Notes under the pieces: model-generated
Seen by the model: the letters and a program-made list of their open reading frames with translations, nothing else
Databases searched by the model: none
Told to the model about the DNA's origin: nothing
Made by a program: the position numbers and the translations under genes
Shown here: piece by piece, positions 39,559-48,890 of the stretch
Layout of the letters: every line of letters starts with the position of its first letter
Position numbering within the stretch: the stretch's first letter is position 1
Origin: a virus
Reading direction: 5' to 3' (one strand)
IMG/VR virus record: IMGVR_UViG_3300032163_000005
Coordinates: 30,024-94,023 of that record
Length of the DNA: 64,000 bases

Positions 39559-40022
39559 GCCGCGAGCATCACTTGGAGGCGAGCTCGGATAGCGTTTCGT
39601 TTGCGTGCAAGATCCTTCATCGTGACGTCGTCCGGATCAATCTCGATGTCGATGCCATCAGGGTCGACGGCAATGCGGAGTACATCGCCTATTGCACTCA
39701 CCATTCGAACCACTTCCGAGACCATCTTTCCAAGTTGAGATGGATCGGCTTGAAGTGGAAGTGTGAGGTCGATTCGAAGCACAATACAAATCCCGTCGAA
39801 GGATGATGCTTCAGATGAGATCTGATCGGGCGCGAGCTTCATCGGCACCATGACTGCACTCGGGGCAGGAACAGTGTTGACTTCACGTCCCATAAACGCT
39901 GGATTCTGGTCCATGCGTTCTGCACCGTGAGGCTTGCCGGCGATGGGTGCATGTCCAGCACTCCTCAAACGCTCCCATGTCGATTCCGTGACCGGATCAA
40001 ACTTGCGTCGTTTGCTCGCCAT
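39555..40022 (-). CDS. hypothetical protein
   Basis: 155-aa ORF. Confidence 0.55.
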   Translation of the reverse strand: MASKRRKFDPVTESTWERLRSAGHAPIAGKPHGAERMDQNPAFMGREVNTVPAPSAVMVPMKLAPDQISSEASSFDGICIVLRIDLTLPLQADPSQLGKMVSEVVRMVSAIGDVLRIAVDPDGIDIEIDPDDVTMKDLARKRNAIRARLQVMLAA

Positions 40023-40025
40023 TGC

Positions 40026-40565
40026 TCATTCTCCTTCAAACGTCATCGCTACACCGCCGCACGTCATGAGCAAATGATTTGCGATCACCATCGCGTCAAT
40101 CTCGTCATCCGTCCATGTCTTGGTGACGCCGCCAAGACGCCTCACATTGCGAAGGGTGTACTCCTTCACTTTCTTGCGTGGGAGTTTTTGGAGAAGCGTT
40201 TTTCGTGCTTGGCTCGCCACAATGCTCTCAGTGACGATATCGAGGTGATCGAGGAGCCTGGTCTTGACCACTCCTCCGAGCTCTGCGAGCGCGTGTGCTG
40301 ACGATGAACGCGCTGCGAACGCATAAGCCTCGGTCGCCACATGCGTTGCCTTGTGGTGGATGCAAAAGAGCTCGATGTCATGCGCGATCTGAATCAAGCG
40401 CTCGAGTCGATCACGTGTTGTTGCATCTTGCGTGAGCGATGCTCCGAAGACCGCTGTGACAACCTTGGTGAGATCTTGCCCCCATCCAATAGGAATGGCG
40501 CACACGGCGGCTGCGCGGAGCGAGAGATCAAGACCGACCACCACTTCTGTTCGGAGTTTTCTCAC
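40026..40565 (-). CDS. RuvC-like Holliday junction resolvase
   Basis: VVGLDLSL, ATE.Y, LAELGGVVK, DEIDA motifs. Confidence 0.85.
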   Translation of the reverse strand: MRKLRTEVVVGLDLSLRAAAVCAIPIGWGQDLTKVVTAVFGASLTQDATTRDRLERLIQIAHDIELFCIHHKATHVATEAYAFAARSSSAHALAELGGVVKTRLLDHLDIVTESIVASQARKTLLQKLPRKKVKEYTLRNVRRLGGVTKTWTDDEIDAMVIANHLLMTCGGVAMTFEGE

Positions 40566-40776
40566 GACTTGCCGATTCTCTCGTATCGCGTCTTTGGATG
40601 AAGTCCCACCGAAAGTCCCTCACTTTGAAGGCACGTGAGCGCAAAGTCTTTCATTTGGCATCCGGCGCACACGGGAATCTTGTACGTCGTGTCTTGGAAA
40701 CTCGTTGGAATGTTGCACAACCGAAGATCATCTTCGGTGACTTGAACGCGGCATCGGGCTCCGACGAGTCTTCGCA

Positions 40777-41268
40777 TTACCGGGGATTCCGCGTCAGATG
40801 CTTCCACATCTCCACTTCGGTCTTCAACGCAGCGATTGCGCCACATGCAATGCCGTACTTGTTTTGAAGCTCTCGAAATTCCGAAGCCTCAATCAATGCA
40901 GATCCGACCGTTCCATCACTACCAAGAGCAAACGCCAAAGGCTGTGCACGTTCAGCGATCTGCACCGCAACATCGATGACATGACGTTTCCATGCACGTA
41001 GCTCTTTGAGCTCGTGAAGCCATCCCGGCTCACCATTGCGCGGTCGTTCATTGGGTCGGTTTCGCTCAACCCAATCCTCCATGTCGCCAGCGCACTTTCG
41101 AGCTTCCGCGACCTTGGCAGGATTCTCTTTCTGCTCTTCACGAATGTTGGCCCACTCCCTCACGAGAAGAGGTGCGTGTCGATCACGAGCGAGGAGCACG
41201 AACATCGGCTCATCAGGAGCAGCGTTGGCGTAACAGTCAAACGAGCCTGGATTGTTCTTCGTTCCCAT
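40777..41268 (-). CDS. conserved phage hypothetical protein
   Basis: DEPMFVLLARD..AP..V..WA motif. Confidence 0.65.
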   Translation of the reverse strand: MGTKNNPGSFDCYANAAPDEPMFVLLARDRHAPLLVREWANIREEQKENPAKVAEARKCAGDMEDWVERNRPNERPRNGEPGWLHELKELRAWKRHVIDVAVQIAERAQPLAFALGSDGTVGSALIEASEFRELQNKYGIACGAIAALKTEVEMWKHLTRNPR

Positions 41269-41426
41269 GCTCGGTCATTGCCGCCACATCACGAGCCCAC
41301 TTCTCATCGAGACGATTCTCTATCCACGATGCGCACCAACCAACAATCTCACGTGATTCTGATGAGAGGACGGTTCCAATTTGCATCGTTGCGCAATGCC
41401 GCAAATAACAAACAATGTTTTCACGT

Positions 41427-41594
41427 TCATTTGCCATGTTTGGCTTTCGCCCACTGTTTTATGGGCTTCACCTTCTCAGGAAGCTTCTTTCCCTTCGATG
41501 CCTCATCGAATTCATCGATGACATCTTGAGGGATCTCACCCGCGTCTGCTTTGGCGTGCATTGCGGCGGCTTGTGCCTTTGATTTGTACGGCAT
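41427..41594 (-). CDS. 55-aa protein with C-terminal PIKQWA (not in ORF track)
   Basis: MPYKSKAQAAAMHAK...KLPEKVKPIKQWAKAKHGK. Confidence 0.7.
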   Translation of the reverse strand: MPYKSKAQAAAMHAKADAGEIPQDVIDEFDEASKGKKLPEKVKPIKQWAKAKHGK

Positions 41595-41598
41595 GAGG

Positions 41599-41838
41599 TC
41601 AGTCGTCTTTGTCGACGCCCGCCGCCTCCATGAATTTCTTCCGCTTCAACCCCGATGCCTTGAGCGCGCTCTCTGCCTGTTCGAGTTTTTTCTTGGTCGC
41701 GTCTGTTGGAGCTGCAGTGTGCGCTGCGTGCGCATCGACATACCGCGAGTGGAGCTCCTTGTGCGCGGCTTCACCGGGCATCTCGCCCCCTGCTCTGTAT
41801 GCCGCCCACTTCTTGATGTCACTTGGCATTGGATACAC
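41599..41838 (-). CDS. small protein with N-terminal DIKKWA motif
   Basis: 79-aa ORF. Confidence 0.65.
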   Translation of the reverse strand: MYPMPSDIKKWAAYRAGGEMPGEAAHKELHSRYVDAHAAHTAAPTDATKKKLEQAESALKASGLKRKKFMEAAGVDKDD

Positions 41839-42241
41839 ATCTCACTGTGCCACATGCGCGGATTTCCGCGATCCCTGCAGCGGCTGCGATGCATGCTGGT
41901 TTGAGCGTGTACTTGCCGGAATTCTCAGCATCGCGACATAGCGCATAGCAAGTCTTCCCACCTGTTGGCGTGTTGGCTTCGGGACATGGCGCCGCTTTGA
42001 GCTTGGCGCATGCCCTCACACAATCCGGAAACTTGGCCTGTCCAACCGTTGGGTCTTCACCGTCTGACGCGTCCTGCGTGACGATGGGAAAGCCCCCATC
42101 GTCCGAAGGTTGAACGACGGGAGGTTGTGGATCGGGACTGTTTCCGGGACATCCCGCGCATCCAGCGATGATTATCGCTATGAAAACGAAGAGTTGTGAG
42201 TTTAGACAGATCGATCTGTCTAAACGGCTTGAGGATGCCAT
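41819..42241 (-). CDS. Cys-rich lipoprotein; palindrome copy 4 lies in its 5' end
   Basis: Hydrophobic stretch ending IAGC; eight further C-terminal Cys. Confidence 0.6.
   Translation of the reverse strand: MASSSRLDRSICLNSQLFVFIAIIIAGCAGCPGNSPDPQPPVVQPSDDGGFPIVTQDASDGEDPTVGQAKFPDCVRACAKLKAAPCPEANTPTGGKTCYALCRDAENSGKYTLKPACIAAAAGIAEIRACGTVRCVSNAK
42201..42224. repeat. 24-bp palindrome, copy 4
   Basis: Exact. Confidence 0.95.
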
Positions 42242-42807
42242 TAGAACCTCGGGGGACCGGGATGGGGCGGAGGTGGAGCGCCTCCTGCGGGTGGAGCGCC
42301 AGGGGCTGGTGGAGCGCCAGCAGGAGGCATTCCAGGTGGCATCGCTGCTTTCGCTGTTTGTTCGGCTTGATGGACGAAGAACGTCGCGACCGCACGCGGC
42401 TCAGGCAACGTTTGCCAGGCTTGGCCGATCTGCACCTTGGCCTGTTCCCACTTCATGGGATCGATCCACGTGGGTGGCGGATCAGGCGCATTGCCTTGGA
42501 GCTCGGCTTGCTGTTCGGGTGTGAGCCACGTGAGCTGTGCGACTCGAATGTCTGGCGGCGCTACGGGTGCGGCTGTTGGCGGTGGATGCGGAGCGGGAGG
42601 AGCGGGAGGAGCGCCCGGTGGAAGAGCAGCGGGATGAGATGGAGGAGCTCCGCCTGGTGGTGCAGCGCCCATGGGTGGCTTGGGTGGCCCACCTGGTGGA
42701 GGAGCTCCGCCTGGCGCGGGTGGTCCGCCAGCCTTGGGAGGGAACCCCTTTCCAGGTGGCTTCTTGCCAAGCTTCGCGTTTGCCCACTGCTTCAACGGAT
42801 CGGCCAT
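42241..42807 (-). CDS. Pro/Gly-rich protein with N-terminal PLKQWA motif
   Basis: GGAPP repeats flanking a P.W.D..KW..AK core; AGGAG RBS. Confidence 0.7.
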   Translation of the reverse strand: MADPLKQWANAKLGKKPPGKGFPPKAGGPPAPGGAPPPGGPPKPPMGAAPPGGAPPSHPAALPPGAPPAPPAPHPPPTAAPVAPPDIRVAQLTWLTPEQQAELQGNAPDPPPTWIDPMKWEQAKVQIGQAWQTLPEPRAVATFFVHQAEQTAKAAMPPGMPPAGAPPAPGAPPAGGAPPPPHPGPPRF

Positions 42808-42842
42808 TTGAGCTCCTTCGGATTCGTCTCAAACGATTGCTA

Positions 42843-43715
42843 TCACACCGCGCCGACTTGAACGACGTAACAGTCACTCACGACGTCTTGCGCGAGCCAT
42901 TCTTCGTCCGCGAAGAAGTAACCGTTGTTGCCCCATCCAGGACCCCACGAGTTAAGGATCTTGAATCGACGACGACCATCCGGAAGCGTGGTGTACCCGA
43001 TCGCCAGAAGCATGTGTCCGCCAACAGCCTTGCTCGCGTCGTAGAACGGCATCGGATCGAGACAGTTGTGATTCTCTTCGCTGGGCTCCCAACCCATGAA
43101 CGTGCCATCCACGAGCGTGGCGAATGGCACGGGGTAGCCTTGATCGATTGCGTGCGCCATCTCTACGGTTCGCGCGAGTCCGCTTGGAACAATGCGCCAC
43201 CACGAGCTCAATCGAAACGCGCTCGCTTGTTGGAGCACATCCCAAGGGAGCTCCTTGTTGACCATTTTGAGATCAAAGGGCCACTTGGCCTCATCGATCA
43301 CACCAATGTCGCGAAGCGTCTTGAACGCGAGACGTGGCATCGAGCCACCATCCGTGAGGGGATCCTTCTCTGAGAAGCGACCAAAGACACGCGCCATCGC
43401 ATAGATCGCCAGTCGACTTGGAAATGGAGCGATGAGCCCCATCTTGCGAAGCCTGATGTCAATGGCATTCGCAACCGCGTTGGCTACGCACGACGACGAA
43501 TCGAGTTGATCGCAAATCGTGTGCACCCACTGCTCGAGTGAAGCTTCACCCGAGAGATTTCGTGGAGCTCCGAAGAGCGACGTCGCGCGATAATCGCGAT
43601 CGTCTGGCGGATCTGCGATGTGTCCGAGACCGCGTTTCTTCTTGGGCGCGGAGCTGTCCGGAGATGGGTGTTCGGCTTGCTCTGTTTCGCTATCCGGTGC
43701 TTCGTCGATCGCCAT
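42843..43715 (-). CDS. papain-like C1 cysteine protease
   Basis: DQ..SSSCVA (Gln/Cys), GGH (His), ILNSWG..WG..GY (Asn). Confidence 0.92.
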   Translation of the reverse strand: MAIDEAPDSETEQAEHPSPDSSAPKKKRGLGHIADPPDDRDYRATSLFGAPRNLSGEASLEQWVHTICDQLDSSSCVANAVANAIDIRLRKMGLIAPFPSRLAIYAMARVFGRFSEKDPLTDGGSMPRLAFKTLRDIGVIDEAKWPFDLKMVNKELPWDVLQQASAFRLSSWWRIVPSGLARTVEMAHAIDQGYPVPFATLVDGTFMGWEPSEENHNCLDPMPFYDASKAVGGHMLLAIGYTTLPDGRRRFKILNSWGPGWGNNGYFFADEEWLAQDVVSDCYVVQVGAV

Positions 43716-44127
43716 TCGGCGAGCCTACCACGGCTTTCAGGCATTCCTTGATCAGCGTTCGACGCCCATCGGATTCGTCTTCGCCCTTACGAATGGTGTG
43801 CGCGAGTTGATAGGGGATCTTTATCGCTTCCCATCGTCCATTGATGCGTTCGTACTTCTCTTTCGTCCACGTCGCATTGAACGTCACGAAATCCAATCCT
43901 TCGGTGCGTTCTATCTCGAAGTCCGGCCAGAGTGCGCGACATCTCGAGAAGTTGCATCCGGCATTACCCGATTCGCGCGTCATCTTCGCGAGCTGTTCTT
44001 GGCGGTACTTCTCCCAACGTTCGAAACCGACCTTCGTGCTGTACGACGTGGGATCATCATGCGCGATGGTCTCTCGCTTGTTGAACGCCAAGAGCGATCG
44101 ATCGGGGAAGTAGCCTTTTTCGGTCAT
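43690..44127 (-). CDS. hypothetical protein
   Basis: 145-aa ORF in operon. Confidence 0.5.
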   Translation of the reverse strand: MTEKGYFPDRSLLAFNKRETIAHDDPTSYSTKVGFERWEKYRQEQLAKMTRESGNAGCNFSRCRALWPDFEIERTEGLDFVTFNATWTKEKYERINGRWEAIKIPYQLAHTIRKGEDESDGRRTLIKECLKAVVGSPNGDRRSTG

Positions 44128-44471
44128 GTGATTCCGTGGATGCTCCGCTCAAATTCCTTCGTGAACCATGCGAGCTCTTCAGACGTTGGAAGTCCATCTT
44201 CAGGATGCTGCGCTTGGAAGTGGAGCTCGAAGATCTTCACTCCGCCAGGTGCAAAAGCAAGGCACGCGATGCCTTCCGCGAGATGGTTGAACACAACGGC
44301 CGTTTGACCAGGCTTCTTTGATCGAAACAGGATGATGTCGCCCTTCTCAGCCACGACTTGAGCACACTCTCGAGCCCGCACAAGAATGCGCGACCACGGC
44401 TCTTGAGCAAGCCTCGCCATGTAGAGAGGCACGCTAACTTGAAGTGCCGTTCGGAGAAGCGTGAGACTCAT
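44124..44471 (-). CDS. hypothetical protein
   Basis: 115 aa, ATGA-coupled. Confidence 0.55.
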   Translation of the reverse strand: MSLTLLRTALQVSVPLYMARLAQEPWSRILVRARECAQVVAEKGDIILFRSKKPGQTAVVFNHLAEGIACLAFAPGGVKIFELHFQAQHPEDGLPTSEELAWFTKEFERSIHGIT

Positions 44472-44682
44472 CGATGCATTTCCTCTTCATGAAAATCACA
44501 CACACCGTCTGTCGTGGCTGGACGGCGACATTTCGGTTTGAAACATCGCGTGTTTCGCCATCGTACCCACGCTGATCGATTCGATTCTTGTGCGACTCGC
44601 TGCAACATTTCCGGAGCATAGCCGCCGTGGCTTTTGAGGAATTCAACATAGCTCGGGTTTTCTCGTCCGCTTGATCCACGTT

Positions 44683-45183
44683 TCATCGGATTGACTCCCG
44701 AAGATGACCGATGCCATCCGGAAAATGATGTCTGTAGAAAACGCCAAATGGCTCTGTCTTTTGGAGCTCCTCAAGTGTCATCCAAGAGATCTCCGTTCCC
44801 TTTTCGACTTGTCGCACCTCGCCACGAAGTACCGATCCAAAGAAACAGTGAACCTCACGTCCACTCTCGCTCGCTGAATAGCCTCGAAACATCCATACAA
44901 GCTCGATAACGTCGAGTCCGGTCTCTTCGCGGAGCTCGCGTGCAGCGGCTTGCCGTGGTGACTCACCCACTTCGACTTTGCCACCCGGAATGCAGTACCC
45001 GCCGTAGTTGCGATTCGAAACCGCGAGGATTTCACGGAATGGATTGATGACAAGCACGATGCCGGATTGCTTCACGCAATTCACGCAATGGGTCATGCCG
45101 CCAAAAGTCACGTACTCGCCCGTTCCACCGCACTGTTGGCAGACCTTTAAGATGTGATTGGCGATGTGTAATTCATCAAGCAA
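44683..45183 (-). CDS. Nudix hydrolase with N-terminal Zn-finger-like Cys pairs (start uncertain)
   Basis: Nudix box GGKVEVGESPRQAAARELREETGL. Confidence 0.88.
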   Translation of the reverse strand: MLDELHIANHILKVCQQCGGTGEYVTFGGMTHCVNCVKQSGIVLVINPFREILAVSNRNYGGYCIPGGKVEVGESPRQAAARELREETGLDVIELVWMFRGYSASESGREVHCFFGSVLRGEVRQVEKGTEISWMTLEELQKTEPFGVFYRHHFPDGIGHLRESIR

Positions 45184-46042
45184 TGAACGCCTCCGTATTC
45201 TCGAGACGCATTTCAGAAATCTTGATGGCAAGCTTGCTCGAGTCGATTCCAATCGCTCGCCTTCCCATGCTCTTTGCCGCCACAAGTGTGGTTCCAGATC
45301 CACAGTAAGGATCAAGCACCGTGTCACCTTCATACGTGAGCGTCCCGATGAGTTGTCTGAGAAGTTTGAGCGGCTTCTGTGTTGGGAATCCCGATCGCTC
45401 TGTTGAAACCGGAGCTATCACACCGATGTCCCAAACGTCACCCAACGGAACACCTTTCGAGGGTTCGCTCGTCTTGGAGCTCTTGGTGCGGTGACCGTGC
45501 TCATCAAAGAGCGCTTGCTGCTTCGTCGTTCCCCATTGCTCGAGTGTGGATGGCGCGAGTGGTTCATAGAACTGAACGAATCGAGGTGGCGTGGTGATGT
45601 CCTTGCGATACCTGAGAAGCACATCATGCACACGTTGGAAGTTGGGCGTCTTCGTGGGCCATCGGCGGTAGCGCCAAATGATCTCGCTCGCGAAATGGTC
45701 CTCACCAAAGATCTCATCGCAAAAGCACTTGATGTAGTGGCTCATCTTCGGATCGCAGTGGATGACCATCGAGCCATCGTGCGAGAGGAGCTCCCAAATG
45801 AGCCGTACCCGTTGGGTCAAGTGATCGAGGTAATGTCCACGATCGAGCCAACGATCATCAAACGCGAGTGACCCGTCCTCCATCACATACTTCTTCTGAC
45901 TCATGAACGGCGGATCGAGGTAAACGAGCTGAGCTCGCGTTCCCTCTTTGAGCATTCGCGTCATCGCTCGGATGTTGTCCCCGTGAATGAGTATTGGGGT
46001 CGTGATTTCGATTCCTTTGGTCGCAAGAAGTCGTCTGGTCAC
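45176..46042 (-). CDS. DNA methyltransferase (N6-A/N4-C, beta class)
   Basis: YLDPPF, FPTQKP, LDPYCGSGTT in beta order. Confidence 0.92.
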   Translation of the reverse strand: MTRRLLATKGIEITTPILIHGDNIRAMTRMLKEGTRAQLVYLDPPFMSQKKYVMEDGSLAFDDRWLDRGHYLDHLTQRVRLIWELLSHDGSMVIHCDPKMSHYIKCFCDEIFGEDHFASEIIWRYRRWPTKTPNFQRVHDVLLRYRKDITTPPRFVQFYEPLAPSTLEQWGTTKQQALFDEHGHRTKSSKTSEPSKGVPLGDVWDIGVIAPVSTERSGFPTQKPLKLLRQLIGTLTYEGDTVLDPYCGSGTTLVAAKSMGRRAIGIDSSKLAIKISEMRLENTEAFIA

Positions 46043-46382
46043 GTTGAAGCCTCCGCTCTTCCTTCTTTGCCGCCGCTCGCAGAGAACTTCGTATGCGTTC
46101 GCGAGCTTTCACATCTTCGCGTGCTCTGTATTCGTGATGGCGTTCGAGCTCTCGAGCATGATGCCGCGTGCGATAGGTCGCATCGGTGAGCTTCTTTGCT
46201 TCGAAGTCTCGTCCTTCGCGACGCGTCTTCTCGAAAACCTTGGGCCCGACTGCTTTGGTAATGGCGTTCGCATGCCTGTTCCCAAGATGCCCGAGGCATT
46301 CGTACGTGGGAACAATGAGCGGCTTAAACATCGCCGCAATCTCTTCGATGTCGAGCATGTGGTGCGCGGAGCTTAGCCCAGG

Positions 46383-46682
46383 TCATTGCTCGAATCGTTG
46401 CCGCGCTCGTTGCATGTCTTCCTGAAACATGCGGGAGATTTCGTCAGGGTCGGTCGTTTTCATCACGTGATTGATGACGAATTTCATCTTGGGATCGAAG
46501 GCCGATTGCTTCTTTCGCTCGTCGTCTTGCCGCATGCTGCGAATCCAATTGGAGATCCCCCATCCCACAACGAGAAGTGCCAAGATCCACGTCACGCCGA
46601 TCGCACGAGCGAGGTAGCCAAGCATCGCTGCTTCGATGCAACTTCCAACGAAGATGAGAGACCATCGTTTCCACGAGCTCAT
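46383..46682 (-). CDS. two-TM membrane protein
   Basis: Two hydrophobic helices. Confidence 0.55.
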   Translation of the reverse strand: MSSWKRWSLIFVGSCIEAAMLGYLARAIGVTWILALLVVGWGISNWIRSMRQDDERKKQSAFDPKMKFVINHVMKTTDPDEISRMFQEDMQRARQRFEQ

Positions 46683-47203
46683 GTGCCGTTATTACCGCCA
46701 TTCATTGGTTGATCGGGAACTTTCCAGCCCGCTGCATCAAGATCCACCACGCGAGCTCGAATTGAAGGCTGGCCTCGAAGATGTGCGGCGGTAGCGCGGT
46801 GATGTCCATCATGCGCAAACAAGCGTCCTCCGACACGAACAATCGTGGGCACGTCCACAAGCCCACCGTGACCAGGCGCACGAGTCCCCATCGGAATGAG
46901 TCCAGGATTGTCGTAGTGCGCCTGTAACCGTTCAGCGTTGACGTGCCGTTGAAGCCCATAGAGCTCCGAGAGCTTTACGTCTTGGATGGCTGCTTCTTCG
47001 GCGCGTTTGAAGATGCCTGAGCCTCTGATCTGCCTCAGGTACTCATTGCGATCGGCAAGCTTGAACGGATGCCTGACGATGCCTGGTTTGTCACCAGGTG
47101 AGAGAGTGAGCGTGGGATCAGGACGATAGTTCTGAACCGTTGCCCGAGCCCACGTCCTGAGCTGTTGTGCCCTCGAGATGCCTTCTTGTGTCCCCTGATT
47201 CAC
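46679..47203 (-). CDS. ParB/Srx-like protein with N-terminal QLRTWA motif
   Basis: P.IVR......HDGHHRATA. Confidence 0.7.
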   Translation of the reverse strand: MNQGTQEGISRAQQLRTWARATVQNYRPDPTLTLSPGDKPGIVRHPFKLADRNEYLRQIRGSGIFKRAEEAAIQDVKLSELYGLQRHVNAERLQAHYDNPGLIPMGTRAPGHGGLVDVPTIVRVGGRLFAHDGHHRATAAHLRGQPSIRARVVDLDAAGWKVPDQPMNGGNNGT

Positions 47204-47243
47204 AATTCACGAGTGTGGCCGCGAATCACGAAGGCTTCAAGAG

Positions 47244-48878
47244 TCAGAGCTCGATTCCTTGCACCCACGCCTGATAGTTCGCCAACGTCGCGCTGTACGC
47301 GGTGATACCCACGCCGTGAATGGGCGAATCACCAACCTGCCATCGAAGCCGCCGCGTAACAACGCTCGCAGGATAGGGAAACGAGAACGGAATCCAATCG
47401 GTGACTCTGTACGTCGCTCCAAGTGTGACAGGCGCACCCGAGCTGTTCGCTAGCAACCCGCCAGTCACTCTTGGGCCAGCATAGGGACCTGTTTCTGCGA
47501 CGTTGGCGTACGAAATAAACCGATGGTCGATCACTGTGGTGGTCGTCGCCCCAATCGTCGCTCCCAAAACTTCAATTTGAATCAGCGCAGAGTTGACGTT
47601 CGCCGGAAGCAATGTCGTTGGATAGTCCCAGCGTGCGTTGCCGACTCCTGCGGTCGTTGCGTCGAGCGTCGCAGACAAATCACCGAACACGATCTTCTTG
47701 TGCGCCGCAAAGAAGTGATTCCAGGTGGTTCCGCTCGAAGGAATCATCACCGCAACGCAAACGGCTTCTTCCGTGAGGACGGTTCCTCCAAGTCCCGCCG
47801 CTGTTGGAATGGCGATGGGCGCCAGTGGAGCTCCGAACACATCAGGCTCTTGATACGAGACGACGAGCATTCCTTTGAGGCCACGACTTGGAAGGCGAGC
47901 ACTTGGATGAGCCGCGTACATCGACCAACGCGGAAGTCCCTTCGGAACGCACACGTAAACGAACACGTTTCCGGTCAACGCTTCAGTGATGGCTGTTGAC
48001 TGATTCGTTCCACCACTCGCGATGTCGATTTCCGAATTGTCGACGCCCGTGCCCGTGTTGCCACGTCGAAACTTGCCACCCAAAATGCGCCCGTTGATTT
48101 GAGCTCGAAACCATCCCGTGATGAGAAAGCTCGTGGCTGAAACACGAACACCCGACGCTTCGAGACTGTCGAGATACGGCGTGCTGAATCCCGGTGCTTC
48201 ATTGCGAAGCGCGTGAACGCGATCCTCAGCAAGCGGCCGAACATCCCAAAATGTGATGTCATTGTTGCTCGCGGCTGCATTAGGGACACTCGCAACACAT
48301 AGCTGTGTCCAGCCAACGACCGCTGCAGGATAGCCCGCACCACCAACACCCGCGCGCACACGAAACTCGAATCGATCTTCGCTCTCCTTCGTCACAACAG
48401 CAGGCGTGAAGAGCTCAGTGATGGTGTTGTAGATGTCGCGCGAATCCGTGACTGTCGTTGGAACAGGATTCACTCGGCACTCGATGACATCGATGCGAAT
48501 CGATCCAGAGACGTTGGGTGTGATGACCAGCACGCCAGCACCAACACCCGTGACCTCACGAACGAGCTTGTAGTTGCTCGAGTCCGTCGATCCATCACTA
48601 TGAAGGAAGCACGCCACGCCAGGATCGATCTGAATCTCGAATGAACCCGTTTGAGGTTTCACCAGAAGACCGCCGAAGATCTCCATTGAGGTTGGAAGTC
48701 CATCTGGCGCGGGAAGGAAGCTGAGAGACGGATCAATATCGCCTCCCTGCTTCACCGCGAAGAGACGAAAGAGCGCCTCTGAAATCGATCGCTGTTGGAA
48801 ACTCTGCGCTCGATTGAGGTCAGTCGAGATTGCGCGTTCAAGGTTGTTGTAAACGAGCGAGCGGCCACCGGATGACAT
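47244..48878 (-). CDS. virion structural/fibre-like protein
   Basis: 544 aa, beta-rich; N.SG..RID.I...I.DVR pattern typical of fibre attachment regions. Confidence 0.55.
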   Translation of the reverse strand: MSSGGRSLVYNNLERAISTDLNRAQSFQQRSISEALFRLFAVKQGGDIDPSLSFLPAPDGLPTSMEIFGGLLVKPQTGSFEIQIDPGVACFLHSDGSTDSSNYKLVREVTGVGAGVLVITPNVSGSIRIDVIECRVNPVPTTVTDSRDIYNTITELFTPAVVTKESEDRFEFRVRAGVGGAGYPAAVVGWTQLCVASVPNAAASNNDITFWDVRPLAEDRVHALRNEAPGFSTPYLDSLEASGVRVSATSFLITGWFRAQINGRILGGKFRRGNTGTGVDNSEIDIASGGTNQSTAITEALTGNVFVYVCVPKGLPRWSMYAAHPSARLPSRGLKGMLVVSYQEPDVFGAPLAPIAIPTAAGLGGTVLTEEAVCVAVMIPSSGTTWNHFFAAHKKIVFGDLSATLDATTAGVGNARWDYPTTLLPANVNSALIQIEVLGATIGATTTTVIDHRFISYANVAETGPYAGPRVTGGLLANSSGAPVTLGATYRVTDWIPFSFPYPASVVTRRLRWQVGDSPIHGVGITAYSATLANYQAWVQGIEL

Positions 48879-48890
48879 GGGGCGAGCCTA

